DNA of 64,000 nt from Candidatus Latescibacterota bacterium (GCA_965219995.1 CBDCOX010000002.1:4736001-4800000); one strand, 5' to 3'. Shown: positions 9,100-18,918, numbered from the stretch's first letter. The notes: generated by a model from the letters alone, not told the origin. A program made the numbers and translations.

Positions 9100-9930
9100 T
9101 CACGAAACTCCCAGCTTCTCCAATGCCTCTTTCGCCGCCATCTGTTGTGCTTCCTTCTTGCTGCGGCCCTTTCCGAAGCCCATGCGTTCACCGCCGATCA
9201 GCACCTCGACACTGAACATCTTGTGGTGGTCCGGCCCGTCTTCCGAGCTGACCATATAACGGGGGTGGCCCCGGCCTTCGCCCTGCGTATGCTCCAGAAG
9301 GGCGCTTTTGAAATTGAGGTGGCTGTTGTTGGCGACAATCCCCTCTATGTTGCACAAGAGGTGGCGTTGTACGAAGGCATCCGCGGCCTTCAGGCCGCCG
9401 TCGAGATAGATCGCGCCGAGAATGGATTCAAACGCATCCCCGATGATCGAGGTCCTGTCGCGCCCTCCCGCGAGGTCCTCTTCCTTGCTGAGCAGGATGT
9501 GGTGACCGAGTCCGATTGCCCGGCCCCGTTGCGCAAGAATGACCTTGCTTACGAGTACGGATTTGATCTGTGTGAGATCGCCTTCGCGTTTGTTCTGAAA
9601 TTTACGATACAGGTTTTCGGTTACCAGCAGGTCCAATACGGCGTCGCCCAGAAACTCCAGGCGTTCGTTCGAAGCGATGCTTCCTTCGTCCATCGAATAG
9701 GCGTAGGAGCGGTGTTTGATCGCCTGGACCAGGAGATCGGGATCCGAGAAACGATAGCCGAGCCTTTCCTGGAGTTTTTCCGGGGAATGCACTTCCCGGT
9801 CGCGCGTGAGCCAACGCGTAATCGTATGTCGAATGGTGGCAAGTCCGATAGGCGTCAACCTCCAGGCGCTTGCGCGGCCGCCGATCCGGTCGCCTGGCGA
9901 CCCTTCCAAATTCCCGCAGTTGAGGTTCAC
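9100..9930 (-). CDS. rnc: Ribonuclease III
   Basis: Signature 'NERLEFLGDAVL', 'DAFESILGAIYLDGG', dsRBD 'GKGRSKKEAQQMAA'. The true start is uncertain (GTG 9930 overlapping the fabF stop, or GTG 9792). Confidence 0.96.
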   Translation of the reverse strand: MNLNCGNLEGSPGDRIGGRASAWRLTPIGLATIRHTITRWLTRDREVHSPEKLQERLGYRFSDPDLLVQAIKHRSYAYSMDEGSIASNERLEFLGDAVLDLLVTENLYRKFQNKREGDLTQIKSVLVSKVILAQRGRAIGLGHHILLSKEEDLAGGRDRTSIIGDAFESILGAIYLDGGLKAADAFVQRHLLCNIEGIVANNSHLNFKSALLEHTQGEGRGHPRYMVSSEDGPDHHKMFSVEVLIGGERMGFGKGRSKKEAQQMAAKEALEKLGVS

Positions 9931-11180
9931 CGGCCGTCGTATTTGCGCATGGCGAGCACCGCGTTGTGCCCCCCGAAGCCGAAGGAGTTGTTCATGGCCA
10001 CCCTGACCGGCATTTCACGGGCCGCGTTCGGCACGTAGTCGAGGTCGCACTCCGGATCCGGATATTCGTAGTTGATCGTGGGAGGCACCCGGCCTCGATG
10101 GATGGCCAGGAGGCAGGCGATGCTCTCGATTGCGCCGGAAGCGCCCAGCAGGTGGCCCGTCATGGATTTGGTGGAACTGACCGCGGCGTGCTTCGCATGA
10201 TCGCCCAGGACCGATTTGATGGCCGCGGTTTCGGTTCGGTCGCCGATCGGGGTGGAGGTGCCGTGGGCATTGATGTAATCCACGTCTTCCGGGTTCAGTC
10301 CGGCCTGGTCCAACGCGATTTTCATCGCCCTGGCTCCGCCCTCGCCGCCCGGCGCCATATCGGTCACGTGATACGCGTCCGCAGTGAACCCCGCGCCGGC
10401 GATCTCCGCGTAGATCCGCGCCCCCCGCCCACGCGCGTGTTCCAGTTCTTCCAGTATGACCGCGCCCGCACCCTCACCGAGCACGAATCCGTCGCGTTCC
10501 ATGTCGAAGGGCCGGCTGGCCGCCTGCGGATCCTCGTTGCGCGTGGACAGCGCCTTCATGGAAGCGAAGCCGCCCACCGACATCGCGCTTACGGCCGCTT
10601 CGGCGCCGCCGGTGACCATGGCGTCGGCCTCGTTGTGCCGGATCTCCCTGAATGCGCTTCCGATGGCGTGCGCCGCGGAGGAACACGCCGATACCGTCGT
10701 GTAGTTCGGCCCTCGCGCGCCCAGCAGGATGGAAACCTGACCGGAAGTCATGTCGGGAATCATCATGGGAATGAAAAAGGGGCTGATCCGTCGCGCGCCT
10801 TTTTCCATGAGGACGGTATGCTGTTCTTCGAAGGTCCAGATGCCGCCGATGCCGGAACCGATGACCACGCCCATACGGTCGGGGTTCACGGCGTCCACGT
10901 CCAGGTCCGCGTCCGTCACGGCCATTTGTGCGCAGCAGATGGCGTACTGGGTGCACAGATCGTTCCGCCGAACCAGTCTCCGGTCGAGGCCGAACCGGTT
11001 CGGGTCGAAGTCCTTCAATTCGGCAGCGAACGTGACCCGGAAACCGTCCGGATCGAAACGTCTGATGCGATCGACGCCGCTTTCTCCGTTAAGCAGCGCA
11101 TCCCAGTAGGCGTCGGTGTTCAGTCCGTTCGGCGCGAGTACGCCGAGGCCTGTCACCACAACCCTTCGGATTCCGTTCAA
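9927..11180 (-). CDS. fabF: 3-oxoacyl-ACP synthase II
   Basis: 'RRVVVTGLG', active-site 'SACSS', 'INAHGTST', 'GHLLGASG', 'NNSFGFGGHN'. Confidence 0.97.
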   Translation of the reverse strand: MNGIRRVVVTGLGVLAPNGLNTDAYWDALLNGESGVDRIRRFDPDGFRVTFAAELKDFDPNRFGLDRRLVRRNDLCTQYAICCAQMAVTDADLDVDAVNPDRMGVVIGSGIGGIWTFEEQHTVLMEKGARRISPFFIPMMIPDMTSGQVSILLGARGPNYTTVSACSSAAHAIGSAFREIRHNEADAMVTGGAEAAVSAMSVGGFASMKALSTRNEDPQAASRPFDMERDGFVLGEGAGAVILEELEHARGRGARIYAEIAGAGFTADAYHVTDMAPGGEGGARAMKIALDQAGLNPEDVDYINAHGTSTPIGDRTETAAIKSVLGDHAKHAAVSSTKSMTGHLLGASGAIESIACLLAIHRGRVPPTINYEYPDPECDLDYVPNAAREMPVRVAMNNSFGFGGHNAVLAMRKYDGR

Positions 11181-11277
11181 GGGTACCTTCTCTCAATTTC
11201 AATGTTGGCGTCGGCGCGGAGTCATGGAGAATCCGATTGCTGTCGCAACGCGACCCGGCAGCCATCGGAGCGGCGGG

Positions 11278-11520
11278 CTATTCGTTGAGGCGTTGTTTCA
11301 GATAATCCGTGACGTCGCTTACGGTTTCCAGCTTCTCGGCGTCTTCATCCGGGACTTCCATATCGAATTCCTCTTCGAAGGCCATCACAAGTTCCACCGT
11401 ATCGAGTGAATCCGCGCCCAGATCATCTATGAAATGGGCTTCCGGGGTGACGCTGTCGGCGTCAACGCCCAACTGGTCTACGATAAGATCGACGACTTTC
11501 TGCTGAATATCTTCGGCCAT
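11278..11520 (-). CDS. acpP: Acyl carrier protein
   Basis: '[20 protein letters not shown]'. ATG at 11520 is preceded by an AGGGAG RBS. Confidence 0.97.
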   Translation of the reverse strand: MAEDIQQKVVDLIVDQLGVDADSVTPEAHFIDDLGADSLDTVELVMAFEEEFDMEVPDEDAEKLETVSDVTDYLKQRLNE

Positions 11521-11616
11521 GGCAATGATCTCCCTCCTTTGTGGCGAACGGCGGCCCCCGCTCTGCAACGGCACGACCTTCCGTTCACGACTGTTACCAG
11601 ACGGTTCACGTTTGTC

Positions 11617-12363
11617 CTACATTACCATCCCGCCGTCCACCACCAGGACCTGCCCCGTGACGTATGCCGCGTCGCTCGATGCCAGAAATGCGACCGCGGC
11701 CGCGATATCTTCGGGTTTTCCCGGCGTTCCCAGCGGAACCTGTTCAAGGATCTTTTCTTTCAGATTTTCAGGGAGTTTTTCCGTCATTTCGGTAGGAATA
11801 TATCCAGGCGCGATCACGTTGGCCGTAATTCCCCTGCTTGCCAGTTCTTTCGCGGCCGTCTTCGTCAGGCCGATGAGTCCGGACTTCGCCGCCGTGTAAC
11901 CGGCCTGTCCGGGGTTGCCCATCAGTCCCGTTACGGACGAGATATTGATGATTCGTCCGGACCGGGCCCTCATCATCGGCCTCACCGCCGCCTGCATGCA
12001 CAGGAACGCCCCCTTCAGATTGACGTCGAGAACCGCGTCCCAGTCGCCGGGTTTGAGTCGCATCAACAGGCCGTCGCGGGCAATTCCGGCATTGTTGACC
12101 AGAATGTCCAGGGCGCCCCAGCGATCCAGAACGGCCTTGAAAAGGGCTTTGACGTCGGCCGGGTTCGCAACATCCGCCTGCAGGGCGAGCGCGCTGCCGC
12201 CCCGCCCTTCGATGCCTTCCGCGACAGCCTGCGCGCGGTCGAGGCTCCGGCTGGCGCAGACCGCCACCCTGGCGCCTTCGTCCGCCAGCCGGTTGGCGAT
12301 GGCTTCGCCGATCCCGCGTGATCCGCCGGTGACGATTGCGGTCCTGTCCTTCAGCCGATTCAT
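11617..12363 (-). CDS. fabG: 3-oxoacyl-ACP reductase
   Basis: 'TGGSRGIG', 'NNAGIARD', 'YTAAK'; position in the fab cluster. Confidence 0.96.
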   Translation of the reverse strand: MNRLKDRTAIVTGGSRGIGEAIANRLADEGARVAVCASRSLDRAQAVAEGIEGRGGSALALQADVANPADVKALFKAVLDRWGALDILVNNAGIARDGLLMRLKPGDWDAVLDVNLKGAFLCMQAAVRPMMRARSGRIINISSVTGLMGNPGQAGYTAAKSGLIGLTKTAAKELASRGITANVIAPGYIPTEMTEKLPENLKEKILEQVPLGTPGKPEDIAAAVAFLASSDAAYVTGQVLVVDGGMVM

Positions 12364-13280
12364 ATCGTAAGACCTTCCAGGTCGTGAAGGGTTCCGACCG
12401 ACGAAACGGCGACGCGCTTGTCGATGCGTCGCATCAGTGCCTTCAGCGTTTTTCCCGGCCCGGCTTCAATCGCCCGGTCCACGCCTTCCGAAACCAGCCG
12501 CGTCATGGACTCCGTCCATCGGACGGGCGAAATCACCTGTCTGATCAGAAGGTCTTTGAGCAAGTCCGGATCGGTCGTGGGTTCGGCCGTCGTATTCGGC
12601 ACAACGGGGATGCGCGCCGGTGAGAATGGCACGTTCGCGAGGGCGCCCTCCAGCGTACCCAGGGCGGATTGCATGAGTCCCGAGTGAAAAGCGCCGCTGA
12701 CCTGGAGTTCCACGACCCGTCGGGCGCCTTCGTCCGACGCCTTCTGCATCGTCCGTTTCACGGCGGTCGGCTCGCCCGAAATGACGACCTGGCCGGGGCA
12801 GTTGAAGTTGGCGGGCACGACCACGACATTGGGACCCTGCATGTTGCAAAGATCCACGACCGCGCTGTCGCTCTGACCGATGATGGCCGCCATGGTGCCG
12901 GGGTGCATCTTTCCCGCGGCATGCATGGCCCGCCCCCGGATCCCGACGATCCGGACGCCGTCTTCCAGAGACATCACACCGGCGGCGACCAGCGCCGCCA
13001 ATTCGCCCACGCTGTGTCCCGCTACGAAATCGGGGTGGATGCCCCGGTCCTTCAGGATTTCGAATACCGAGATGCTGTGCGCGAAGATGGCCGGCTGTGT
13101 GATGGCCGTTTGTTTCAGGGATTCTTCCGGACCGTCGAAACAGAATGTCTTCAGCCCCGTCTCGGAGATCCGGTCCGTCAGATTGAACACGTACTGGGCG
13201 ATCGGGGAGGCACTGTAAAGATCGCTGGCCATCCCCACGTATTGCGCGCCCTGGCCGGGGAATAGAAAGGCTAAGGACAT
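12360..13280 (-). CDS. fabD: Malonyl-CoA:ACP transacylase
   Basis: 'FPGQGAQ', 'GHSVGE', 'SGAFHS'. Confidence 0.96.
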   Translation of the reverse strand: MSLAFLFPGQGAQYVGMASDLYSASPIAQYVFNLTDRISETGLKTFCFDGPEESLKQTAITQPAIFAHSISVFEILKDRGIHPDFVAGHSVGELAALVAAGVMSLEDGVRIVGIRGRAMHAAGKMHPGTMAAIIGQSDSAVVDLCNMQGPNVVVVPANFNCPGQVVISGEPTAVKRTMQKASDEGARRVVELQVSGAFHSGLMQSALGTLEGALANVPFSPARIPVVPNTTAEPTTDPDLLKDLLIRQVISPVRWTESMTRLVSEGVDRAIEAGPGKTLKALMRRIDKRVAVSSVGTLHDLEGLTI

Positions 13281-13338
13281 AATGGCCCGAAAACGTGTCT
13301 TCGCGTGGCTTCCGGCCGCCGGCTCAGGAATAACAGCA

Positions 13339-14334
13339 TCAATAAGCCCATTTCACGAGGGCGCTGCCCCATGTGTACCCGGCCCCGGCGCTGGCCAGTA
13401 CAATATAGTCGCCCTGTTTGATACGGTTCTGTTCAACCGCTTCGGAAAGGGCGATGGGGATGGTGCCGCAGGTGGTGTTCGCATAACGATCGATGTTGAC
13501 AAGGACGCGTTCCGGCGCAAGCTTCATCCGGCGGGCCGTGGCATCGATGATTCGTTTATTTGCCTGGTGGGGCACGAGAAGGGCGATATCGTCGCCGCTG
13601 AGCCCGTTCCGCTTCAGCAGATCGGCCGATACCGAGGCCATGCTGCTGCTGGCGAACTTGAGAACGCGTGGACCGTCCTGGTGAACGTAGTGCATCTTTT
13701 TGTCCACCGTTTCGTGGCTGGCCGGACGAAGGCTGCCGCCGGCCGGCTGGCAGAGGTATTGGCCGCCCGACCCGTCCACGTTCAGAATAAAGTCCCTGAT
13801 GCCGGACCCCGAATCGTCGGGTTCCAGGAGGACGGCCCCCGCCCCGTCTCCGAACAGGACGCAGGTTTCCCGGTTCGTGTAGTCGACGACCGAACTCATC
13901 TTGTCGGAGCCGATGACAACCACCTTGCGGTGTGCTCCGCTTTCGACGAACTGACCGCCGACGATCAAGGCGTACAGGAACCCGCAGCAGGCGGCGGAAA
14001 GGTCGAACCCCCACGCGTTTTCGGCCCCCACCTCGTGCTGCACCAGACACGCGGTGGCGGGATAAACCATGTCCGGTGTAACCGTCGCGACGATGATCAG
14101 GTCGATTTCATTTGCATCCAGGTCCTTCTGTTCGAGCAGCGCCTCCATCGCCCCGGCGGCCATATGTGAAGCGCCCAGGCCGTCGTCGAGGATGCGGCGT
14201 TCTACGATACCCGTCCGTGTTCGAATCCATTCGTCCGTGGTATCTACCATTTCTTCAAGGTCGGCATTCGTCAGCCGGCGTTCGGGGAGAAAGCGGGAGA
14301 CGCCGGTGACGGCAGCATTGACTTTTTTATTCAT
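13339..14334 (-). CDS. fabH: 3-oxoacyl-ACP synthase III
   Basis: 'WIRTRTGIVERR', 'AACCGF', 'FGDGAGA', 'PHQANKRII', 'ANTT'. ATG at 14334 (alternative TTG at 14340). Confidence 0.95.
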   Translation of the reverse strand: MNKKVNAAVTGVSRFLPERRLTNADLEEMVDTTDEWIRTRTGIVERRILDDGLGASHMAAGAMEALLEQKDLDANEIDLIIVATVTPDMVYPATACLVQHEVGAENAWGFDLSAACCGFLYALIVGGQFVESGAHRKVVVIGSDKMSSVVDYTNRETCVLFGDGAGAVLLEPDDSGSGIRDFILNVDGSGGQYLCQPAGGSLRPASHETVDKKMHYVHQDGPRVLKFASSSMASVSADLLKRNGLSGDDIALLVPHQANKRIIDATARRMKLAPERVLVNIDRYANTTCGTIPIALSEAVEQNRIKQGDYIVLASAGAGYTWGSALVKWAY

Positions 14335-14390
14335 AGGCAAGGGTGACGATTCAGGGAATGACGGACGGGTGGCGCGGCCGGGGCCGGCAA

Positions 14391-14573
14391 TCAGACGCTT
14401 TCGCCTTCGGTGACTTCGCGGCCGTTGTATTGTCCGCAGTTGGCGCAGACCCGGTGAGGTCTGCGCGGCTGCCCGCAGTTGGGACAGGCGGAGAACGCGG
14501 GTCTCCTCAGCTTCCAGTGCGCGCGCCGTTTACCGGTCCTGGAATTGGAACTTCTGCGTTTGGGGTGCGCCAT
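14391..14573 (-). CDS. rpmF: 50S ribosomal protein L32 (zinc-ribbon form)
   Basis: MAHPKRRSS...CPNCG...PHRVCANCGQY; AAGGAG RBS upstream. Confidence 0.96.
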   Translation of the reverse strand: MAHPKRRSSNSRTGKRRAHWKLRRPAFSACPNCGQPRRPHRVCANCGQYNGREVTEGESV

Positions 14574-14587
14574 TTCAATTTGCTCCT

Positions 14588-15100
14588 TCAGGATTGTTCC
14601 TTGAGTGCCCTCAGGGCCTCCCAACGGGGATCAATTCGGGTTGACGTGCAGTTACACTGCGTAAGGTTGAGGTTTTCGCCGCATGTCGGACAGAGCCCCT
14701 CGCAGGACGACTTGCACAGGGGATTCAGCGGCATCTCAAGCAGGATATAGTCCTTGATCTCCTCGCCAAGGTCCACCTTGTCTCCGGACTCATCCAGAAA
14801 GATGAGCGTTTCGTCTTCATCGTCCTTCATGGCTTCCGGCCGGGTCTTCTGAAACACGAACCTGAAGTCGCACGCCAGTGAGAACGAGACGGGTTCCAGG
14901 CACCGCACGCACTCGAGACGAAGGTCGGCGTGCGTCTCGCCGCTTGCCGAAATGGACTCGCCCATCTTGACGAATTCGATGCGCGTCTTGATGGGGCCGA
15001 CGAATTGCAGGTGCTCGTCCTGAATATGCAGTTCGTCGGGTGTCTCCTCCCAGTCGAGACTGGCCTTGCCGTCCTCGAGTTCGTTGAGCGCGACGATCAT
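14588..15100 (-). CDS. yceD: YceD/DUF177 family protein
   Basis: 'CVRCL...LCKSSCEGLCPTCG...DPRWEAL'; canonical position upstream of rpmF. Confidence 0.92.
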   Translation of the reverse strand: MIVALNELEDGKASLDWEETPDELHIQDEHLQFVGPIKTRIEFVKMGESISASGETHADLRLECVRCLEPVSFSLACDFRFVFQKTRPEAMKDDEDETLIFLDESGDKVDLGEEIKDYILLEMPLNPLCKSSCEGLCPTCGENLNLTQCNCTSTRIDPRWEALRALKEQS

Positions 15101-15134
15101 TCAAAGGATCCGATCGGATTTCAAGGTGCCGTAC

Positions 15135-15545
15135 CTATTCAATTGCTCCGAAGAAGAACGCGATTTCGTCGTCGGCGGTTTCGACTGAATCCGATGCGTG
15201 TACGGCGTTTCGCTGTACGTTCGTTCCGAAGTCCCTGCGAATGGTGCCCCTGGCGGCCGCGGCCGAATCGGTGACGCCCACAATCTCCCGAAGGAGCAGG
15301 ACAGCGTTTTTCCGCTCCAGCGCGACCGGCACCACCGGGCCGGACGTCATGAAATCGATCAGGCCGTCAAAAAAGGGCTGTCCCTCGTGAACGGCGTAGA
15401 ACCGGGTCGCGCCCTCGTACGTGAACCTCGTCGATTTCAGGTTCCGGATCCTGAACCCTCTGTCTTCCACGCGTTTGAGAATGGCGCCGATAGCGTTCTT
15501 TGAAACCGCGTCGGGTTTGATAATCAACAATGTGCGTTCCGGCAT
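15135..15545 (-). CDS. ndk: Nucleoside diphosphate kinase
   Basis: 'ERTLLIIKPDAV', 'GTIRRDFG', catalytic 'NAVHASDS'. Confidence 0.97.
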   Translation of the reverse strand: MPERTLLIIKPDAVSKNAIGAILKRVEDRGFRIRNLKSTRFTYEGATRFYAVHEGQPFFDGLIDFMTSGPVVPVALERKNAVLLLREIVGVTDSAAAARGTIRRDFGTNVQRNAVHASDSVETADDEIAFFFGAIE

Positions 15546-15608
15546 CGGCGCTGGTGCTTTCCATCCGCGTTCGGGTGGTCAGGTTCGCGTATCACGCTGA
15601 AGATGAAG

Positions 15609-15637
15609 AAGATAGATTTTCTCGCAAGCTTTGTCAA
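15609..15637 (-). promoter_or_regulatory. Sigma70-type promoter for the ndk-fab run
   Basis: Minus strand TTGACA (15637-15632), 17-bp spacer, TATCTT (15614-15609), about 60 bp upstream of ndk. Confidence 0.7.
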
Positions 15638-15654
15638 TATCAAACTTTGAATTA

Positions 15655-15689
15655 CAGCTGTTAGCTGTCAGCCTTCAGCCATCAGCTAA
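15655..15689. repeat. Heptamer tandem repeat (CAGCNNT) x5
   Basis: cagctgt tagctgt cagcctt cagccat cagctaa. A shorter run lies at ~15755-15775 and a related run at 18761-18802. Confidence 0.75.
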
Positions 15690-15812
15690 GAGCGAAAGAT
15701 CAAGAACCAGAATCCGCAGTTCCCTGAATTCTCCGCCACCTGCGAGTATTGGGTCAGCCGTCAGCTAACCAGCGGCGATGTCAGTTTGTCGAAGTCCGCG
15801 GAAGGTACAATT

Positions 15813-15837
15813 GTAGGGGTGACCCTTGTGGTCGCCC
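15813..15837 (+). repeat. GTAG-type REP-like palindrome
   Basis: GTAG GGGTGACC CTTGT GGTCGCCC. Related copies at 18884-18907 and 57595-57619. Confidence 0.75.
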
Positions 15838-15856
15838 GCCTTTTTTGGCGCCGCCG

Positions 15857-16201
15857 TCACGATTTGCTCAGCAGTGATCTCAAATGAAATCCCGCCACCG
15901 CGGCGAGCGCCGCGACAAGGCCGCCGATCAACGCCGTGAGCGCTACCAGCGCCGACGGATGCGAGAAACTGGCGATACCCGCGATCTTCACGGTGAGAAT
16001 GCCGCCGGATTGAAGATGGACATAGCCGGCCGAGGCAAGCCAGAGGATGCCGGCGCCGCCGAAACCGGCGCCCAGCGCTTTCCACGCCGACGGCGCTTTC
16101 CAGAATCCCGCCGCGAACGCCGCGACGCCGATTCCCCACCATGGCAGCGTCAGGCCGGCAATCAGGCCGAGAATCAGGACGTATAGAGCGGTTGAAATCA
16201 T
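15857..16201 (-). CDS. Small integral membrane protein (~4 TM helices)
   Basis: ATG at 16201 (MISTALYVLILG...LPWWGI...). The ORF-track extension to 16507 runs through a repeat and is considered spurious. Confidence 0.75.
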   Translation of the reverse strand: MISTALYVLILGLIAGLTLPWWGIGVAAFAAGFWKAPSAWKALGAGFGGAGILWLASAGYVHLQSGGILTVKIAGIASFSHPSALVALTALIGGLVAALAAVAGFHLRSLLSKS

Positions 16202-16204
16202 ATA

Positions 16205-16342
16205 AAAGCGGTGAGAGGGTAGAGGGGAGACGGGAGACGTGAGATATTGTGTGCCCCGTGTGGTTTCACATCTTGCCAGAGGCATTAAGGTAGAATCAAT
16301 CGGGCAAGGACGTCTTCTACCGTCTACCGTCTTACGTCTCAC
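16205..16342. repeat. Dispersed palindromic intergenic repeat (MITE/RU-like), copy A
   Basis: Core gagatattgtgtgcccc...tagaatcaatcgggcaaggacgtcttctaccgtctacc is the reverse complement of copies B and C. Its end contains the TGA stop of the upstream acylase gene. Confidence 0.85.
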
Positions 16343-18759
16343 GGTTTTCCGACCAGCGTCAGTCGTTCCACGATACGTCCTTCGCCTTCGTCCGGCGTCT
16401 GCATGAACAGCAGTTCGTCCAGTTCTCCCCGCACCCATGTATCCACAAATGAGTCGTAGTGGGGGCTGCCCGGGTTGCCGGATTGCCCGCCCGGGTAGAT
16501 CCCCCACGCCCTCACCTCAGGGCCCATTTCGACAACCATCCGCCAGCACGGTCCGTGGCCGCGGTTCGATGCGTTGACGATGTCGCGGCCTCCGCCAACG
16601 AACAGGTTCATGCGCGAGAATTCGGGAATCCTCAGCAGATGCCTGACTTCAGCTCCCTTGTAGCGCCCCCACTTCCAGGCGTCGCTTACGGGTCCCAGCT
16701 TTCCAGTTAACTCAGCACACGTCGACGCAAACGTGCTGCGGGCGAGCTCTGCGAGCGTCTCGACAGGTTCCGTTCGCACGTTGTCATACCACGCGGCGTT
16801 GGGCTCACCGAGAATCATCTCAACCGTACGATCGCTGGACGGGAGCTGCAGACCCGGCCCCGGTCCGCCGAATTCATCGATCCAGATTGCCCGGTAAAGC
16901 TTGCCCCACCAGGTGTTGAATATTGTTGGCGCGATCTTCTTTGCGTCGGCGAAATAATCCCAGTTCTTGAGTACCTGGTAGATGGCCGCTTCGTCGGGTT
17001 TGAGAGATCCTGGTTCGATGAACGTCAATAAAACGGGCAGAACCGACCGGGCGTGCAGATTCTGCGTGTCGAGTTGAAGGGCGCGGAAGTCATCGGGCGT
17101 GATTTCCGTCATTTCGGCCAAACGTTCGTTGATTCGCCGCCCGCGCATAGGCGACGAATAGCCCGGTTTCAGCCAATACGGATAGTTCGTGTCCGCGGGG
17201 AGCTGGTTGGCGGAACTCACAAATCCGCGGGCGGGATTCCTGATATGTGGCTTGTGGGCGTGCGGTATCCAGTCCTGCCAGTCGTGGAGTGGATCCGTGC
17301 CATCGGAAATGAAAACGCCCTGGCCCTCCCATTTTGCCGGAAATTTGCCGTTGTGCCAGATCGCGATGTTTCCCTCAACGTCGGCATACGCGAAGTTCTG
17401 GGCCGGCGCGCTCAGGTGGACGATTGCATCGACGAATTCGTCGTAGTTGCCCGCACTATTCAGTCGATGAACGGTGAGCCATTCGTTGCTGCCGTCGTGG
17501 CCCACCCACCTGAGCGCGTGGAGTTCGGGTATCCTAGAGTCGGATGGCGTATCGCGTGAATCCCGCACGATGGGTCCGTGATGGGTGTAGCGAACGGTGT
17601 CCATAAAGGTCTCCTCGTCCCGGACCCTGAATTCTTCGACCGCCATTTCGACGGGGCGCCACGTGCCGTCGTGGAGGTACTCCCGGCGTGTTTCGTCCCG
17701 GAATCTGATCTCGTACCAGTCAGATACATCCGCTCCGGCATTGGTGAATCCCCAGGCGATATTGCGGTTGAAACCGATGACGACACCCGGACCTCCAGGT
17801 AGCGAAACGCCGTACACGTTGACCGTGGGGCTGACGAGTTGAATCTCGTACCACAGCGACGGGAGCGAGAGCCCGAGGTGAGGGTCGTTCGCGAGTATGG
17901 GATACCCGCTTTTTGTTCTGGCGCCCGATACCGCCCAATTGTTGCTGCCGTTGGCCGCCCCGGTATCCGCGCCGTACGACCCTCGCTCGAACGGCACATC
18001 CGGCCGGATGACTCTGCGCGGTTGGAAATTCCAGGGGGTTCCCGCAGGTACCACCGTATCGTCGCCCACCACGTCCGACGCGAACAGGTCTCTCACAACG
18101 GCCTCTCCGAATCGGTTGAGGGTGTGGGTCATCCTGAGGTCCGAATTCCGGCCGCTCAGCATCCAGGCCATGGACTTGATCAGGATCGCACACTTCAACG
18201 GCGTCCAGGGTTCCGGGTTGTAACCCAGAAGTTTGTATTCGACGGGGAAGTCTCTTGGGCGCAGGCCGTCGATGTACGCGTTGACGCCCTCCGTGAACGC
18301 CGTGACGGAGCGCCTTGTCCGGGGTTCGGCCATGATTTCCCTGAGCGTGTTTTCGGCGCCGTATACGAGCCCCGCGCGTCTCTGATGCCGGTCGCGCTCC
18401 AGTGCGCCGGGTCCCAGGATTTCCGCCAGGCGCCCGGCGGTCGCGGCGGTCTGAAACTCCATCTGCCAGAGGCGGTCTCTTGCCGTCGCGTATCCCTGGG
18501 CGAAAAACAGGTCCCGATCGTTTTTCGCGAAGATATGCGGCACGCGGCGGTGGTCGTAGAGAACGGTTACGGGTTCGCGAAGACCCTCGAGCCGCAGGTT
18601 TCGTTCCGCGGCAGGATCGCCTGTCTCGGCATTCTGCCAGAACCCGTGAAAGGGACTCAGGAATCTCCCCGCCGCCGGAAATCCCCCGATGCGGGTATCC
18701 AGGACAATTACGACGACAAGGGTCGCAGTAGCCGATATGAGGAATTTGATTGAGGGCAT
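16339..18759 (-). CDS. Penicillin acylase family Ntn-hydrolase (acyl-homoserine-lactone acylase/PvdQ-like)
   Basis: 'VPHIFA...AQGYATARDRLWQME', nucleophile motif 'GSNNWAV', 'ANDPHL', 'PGGQSGNPGSPHY'. N-terminal membrane anchor. Confidence 0.93.
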   Translation of the reverse strand: MPSIKFLISATATLVVVIVLDTRIGGFPAAGRFLSPFHGFWQNAETGDPAAERNLRLEGLREPVTVLYDHRRVPHIFAKNDRDLFFAQGYATARDRLWQMEFQTAATAGRLAEILGPGALERDRHQRRAGLVYGAENTLREIMAEPRTRRSVTAFTEGVNAYIDGLRPRDFPVEYKLLGYNPEPWTPLKCAILIKSMAWMLSGRNSDLRMTHTLNRFGEAVVRDLFASDVVGDDTVVPAGTPWNFQPRRVIRPDVPFERGSYGADTGAANGSNNWAVSGARTKSGYPILANDPHLGLSLPSLWYEIQLVSPTVNVYGVSLPGGPGVVIGFNRNIAWGFTNAGADVSDWYEIRFRDETRREYLHDGTWRPVEMAVEEFRVRDEETFMDTVRYTHHGPIVRDSRDTPSDSRIPELHALRWVGHDGSNEWLTVHRLNSAGNYDEFVDAIVHLSAPAQNFAYADVEGNIAIWHNGKFPAKWEGQGVFISDGTDPLHDWQDWIPHAHKPHIRNPARGFVSSANQLPADTNYPYWLKPGYSSPMRGRRINERLAEMTEITPDDFRALQLDTQNLHARSVLPVLLTFIEPGSLKPDEAAIYQVLKNWDYFADAKKIAPTIFNTWWGKLYRAIWIDEFGGPGPGLQLPSSDRTVEMILGEPNAAWYDNVRTEPVETLAELARSTFASTCAELTGKLGPVSDAWKWGRYKGAEVRHLLRIPEFSRMNLFVGGGRDIVNASNRGHGPCWRMVVEMGPEVRAWGIYPGGQSGNPGSPHYDSFVDTWVRGELDELLFMQTPDEGEGRIVERLTLVGKP

Positions 18760-18760
18760 A

Positions 18761-18802
18761 GAGCGATCAGCCGTCAGCTTTCAGCGTTCAGCTTGAAGCG
18801 AA
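18761..18802. repeat. Heptamer tandem repeat (CAGCNNT) x6
   Basis: gagcgat cagccgt cagcttt cagcgtt cagcttg aagcgaa. Confidence 0.75.
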
Positions 18803-18883
18803 ATACCAATCGGTCGACATCATCGGCGTGACGGGTTAAGCAAGAGGTCTGACGCCATCAATTGACGGCGTATCCGTCGATTT

Positions 18884-18907
18884 GTAGGGGCGGTTCGCGA
18901 ACCGCCC
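18884..18907 (+). repeat. GTAG-type REP-like palindrome
   Basis: GTAG GGGCGGTTC GC GAACCGCCC, a perfect 9-bp stem. Confidence 0.78.
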
Positions 18908-18918
18908 GAAATGCGGAA

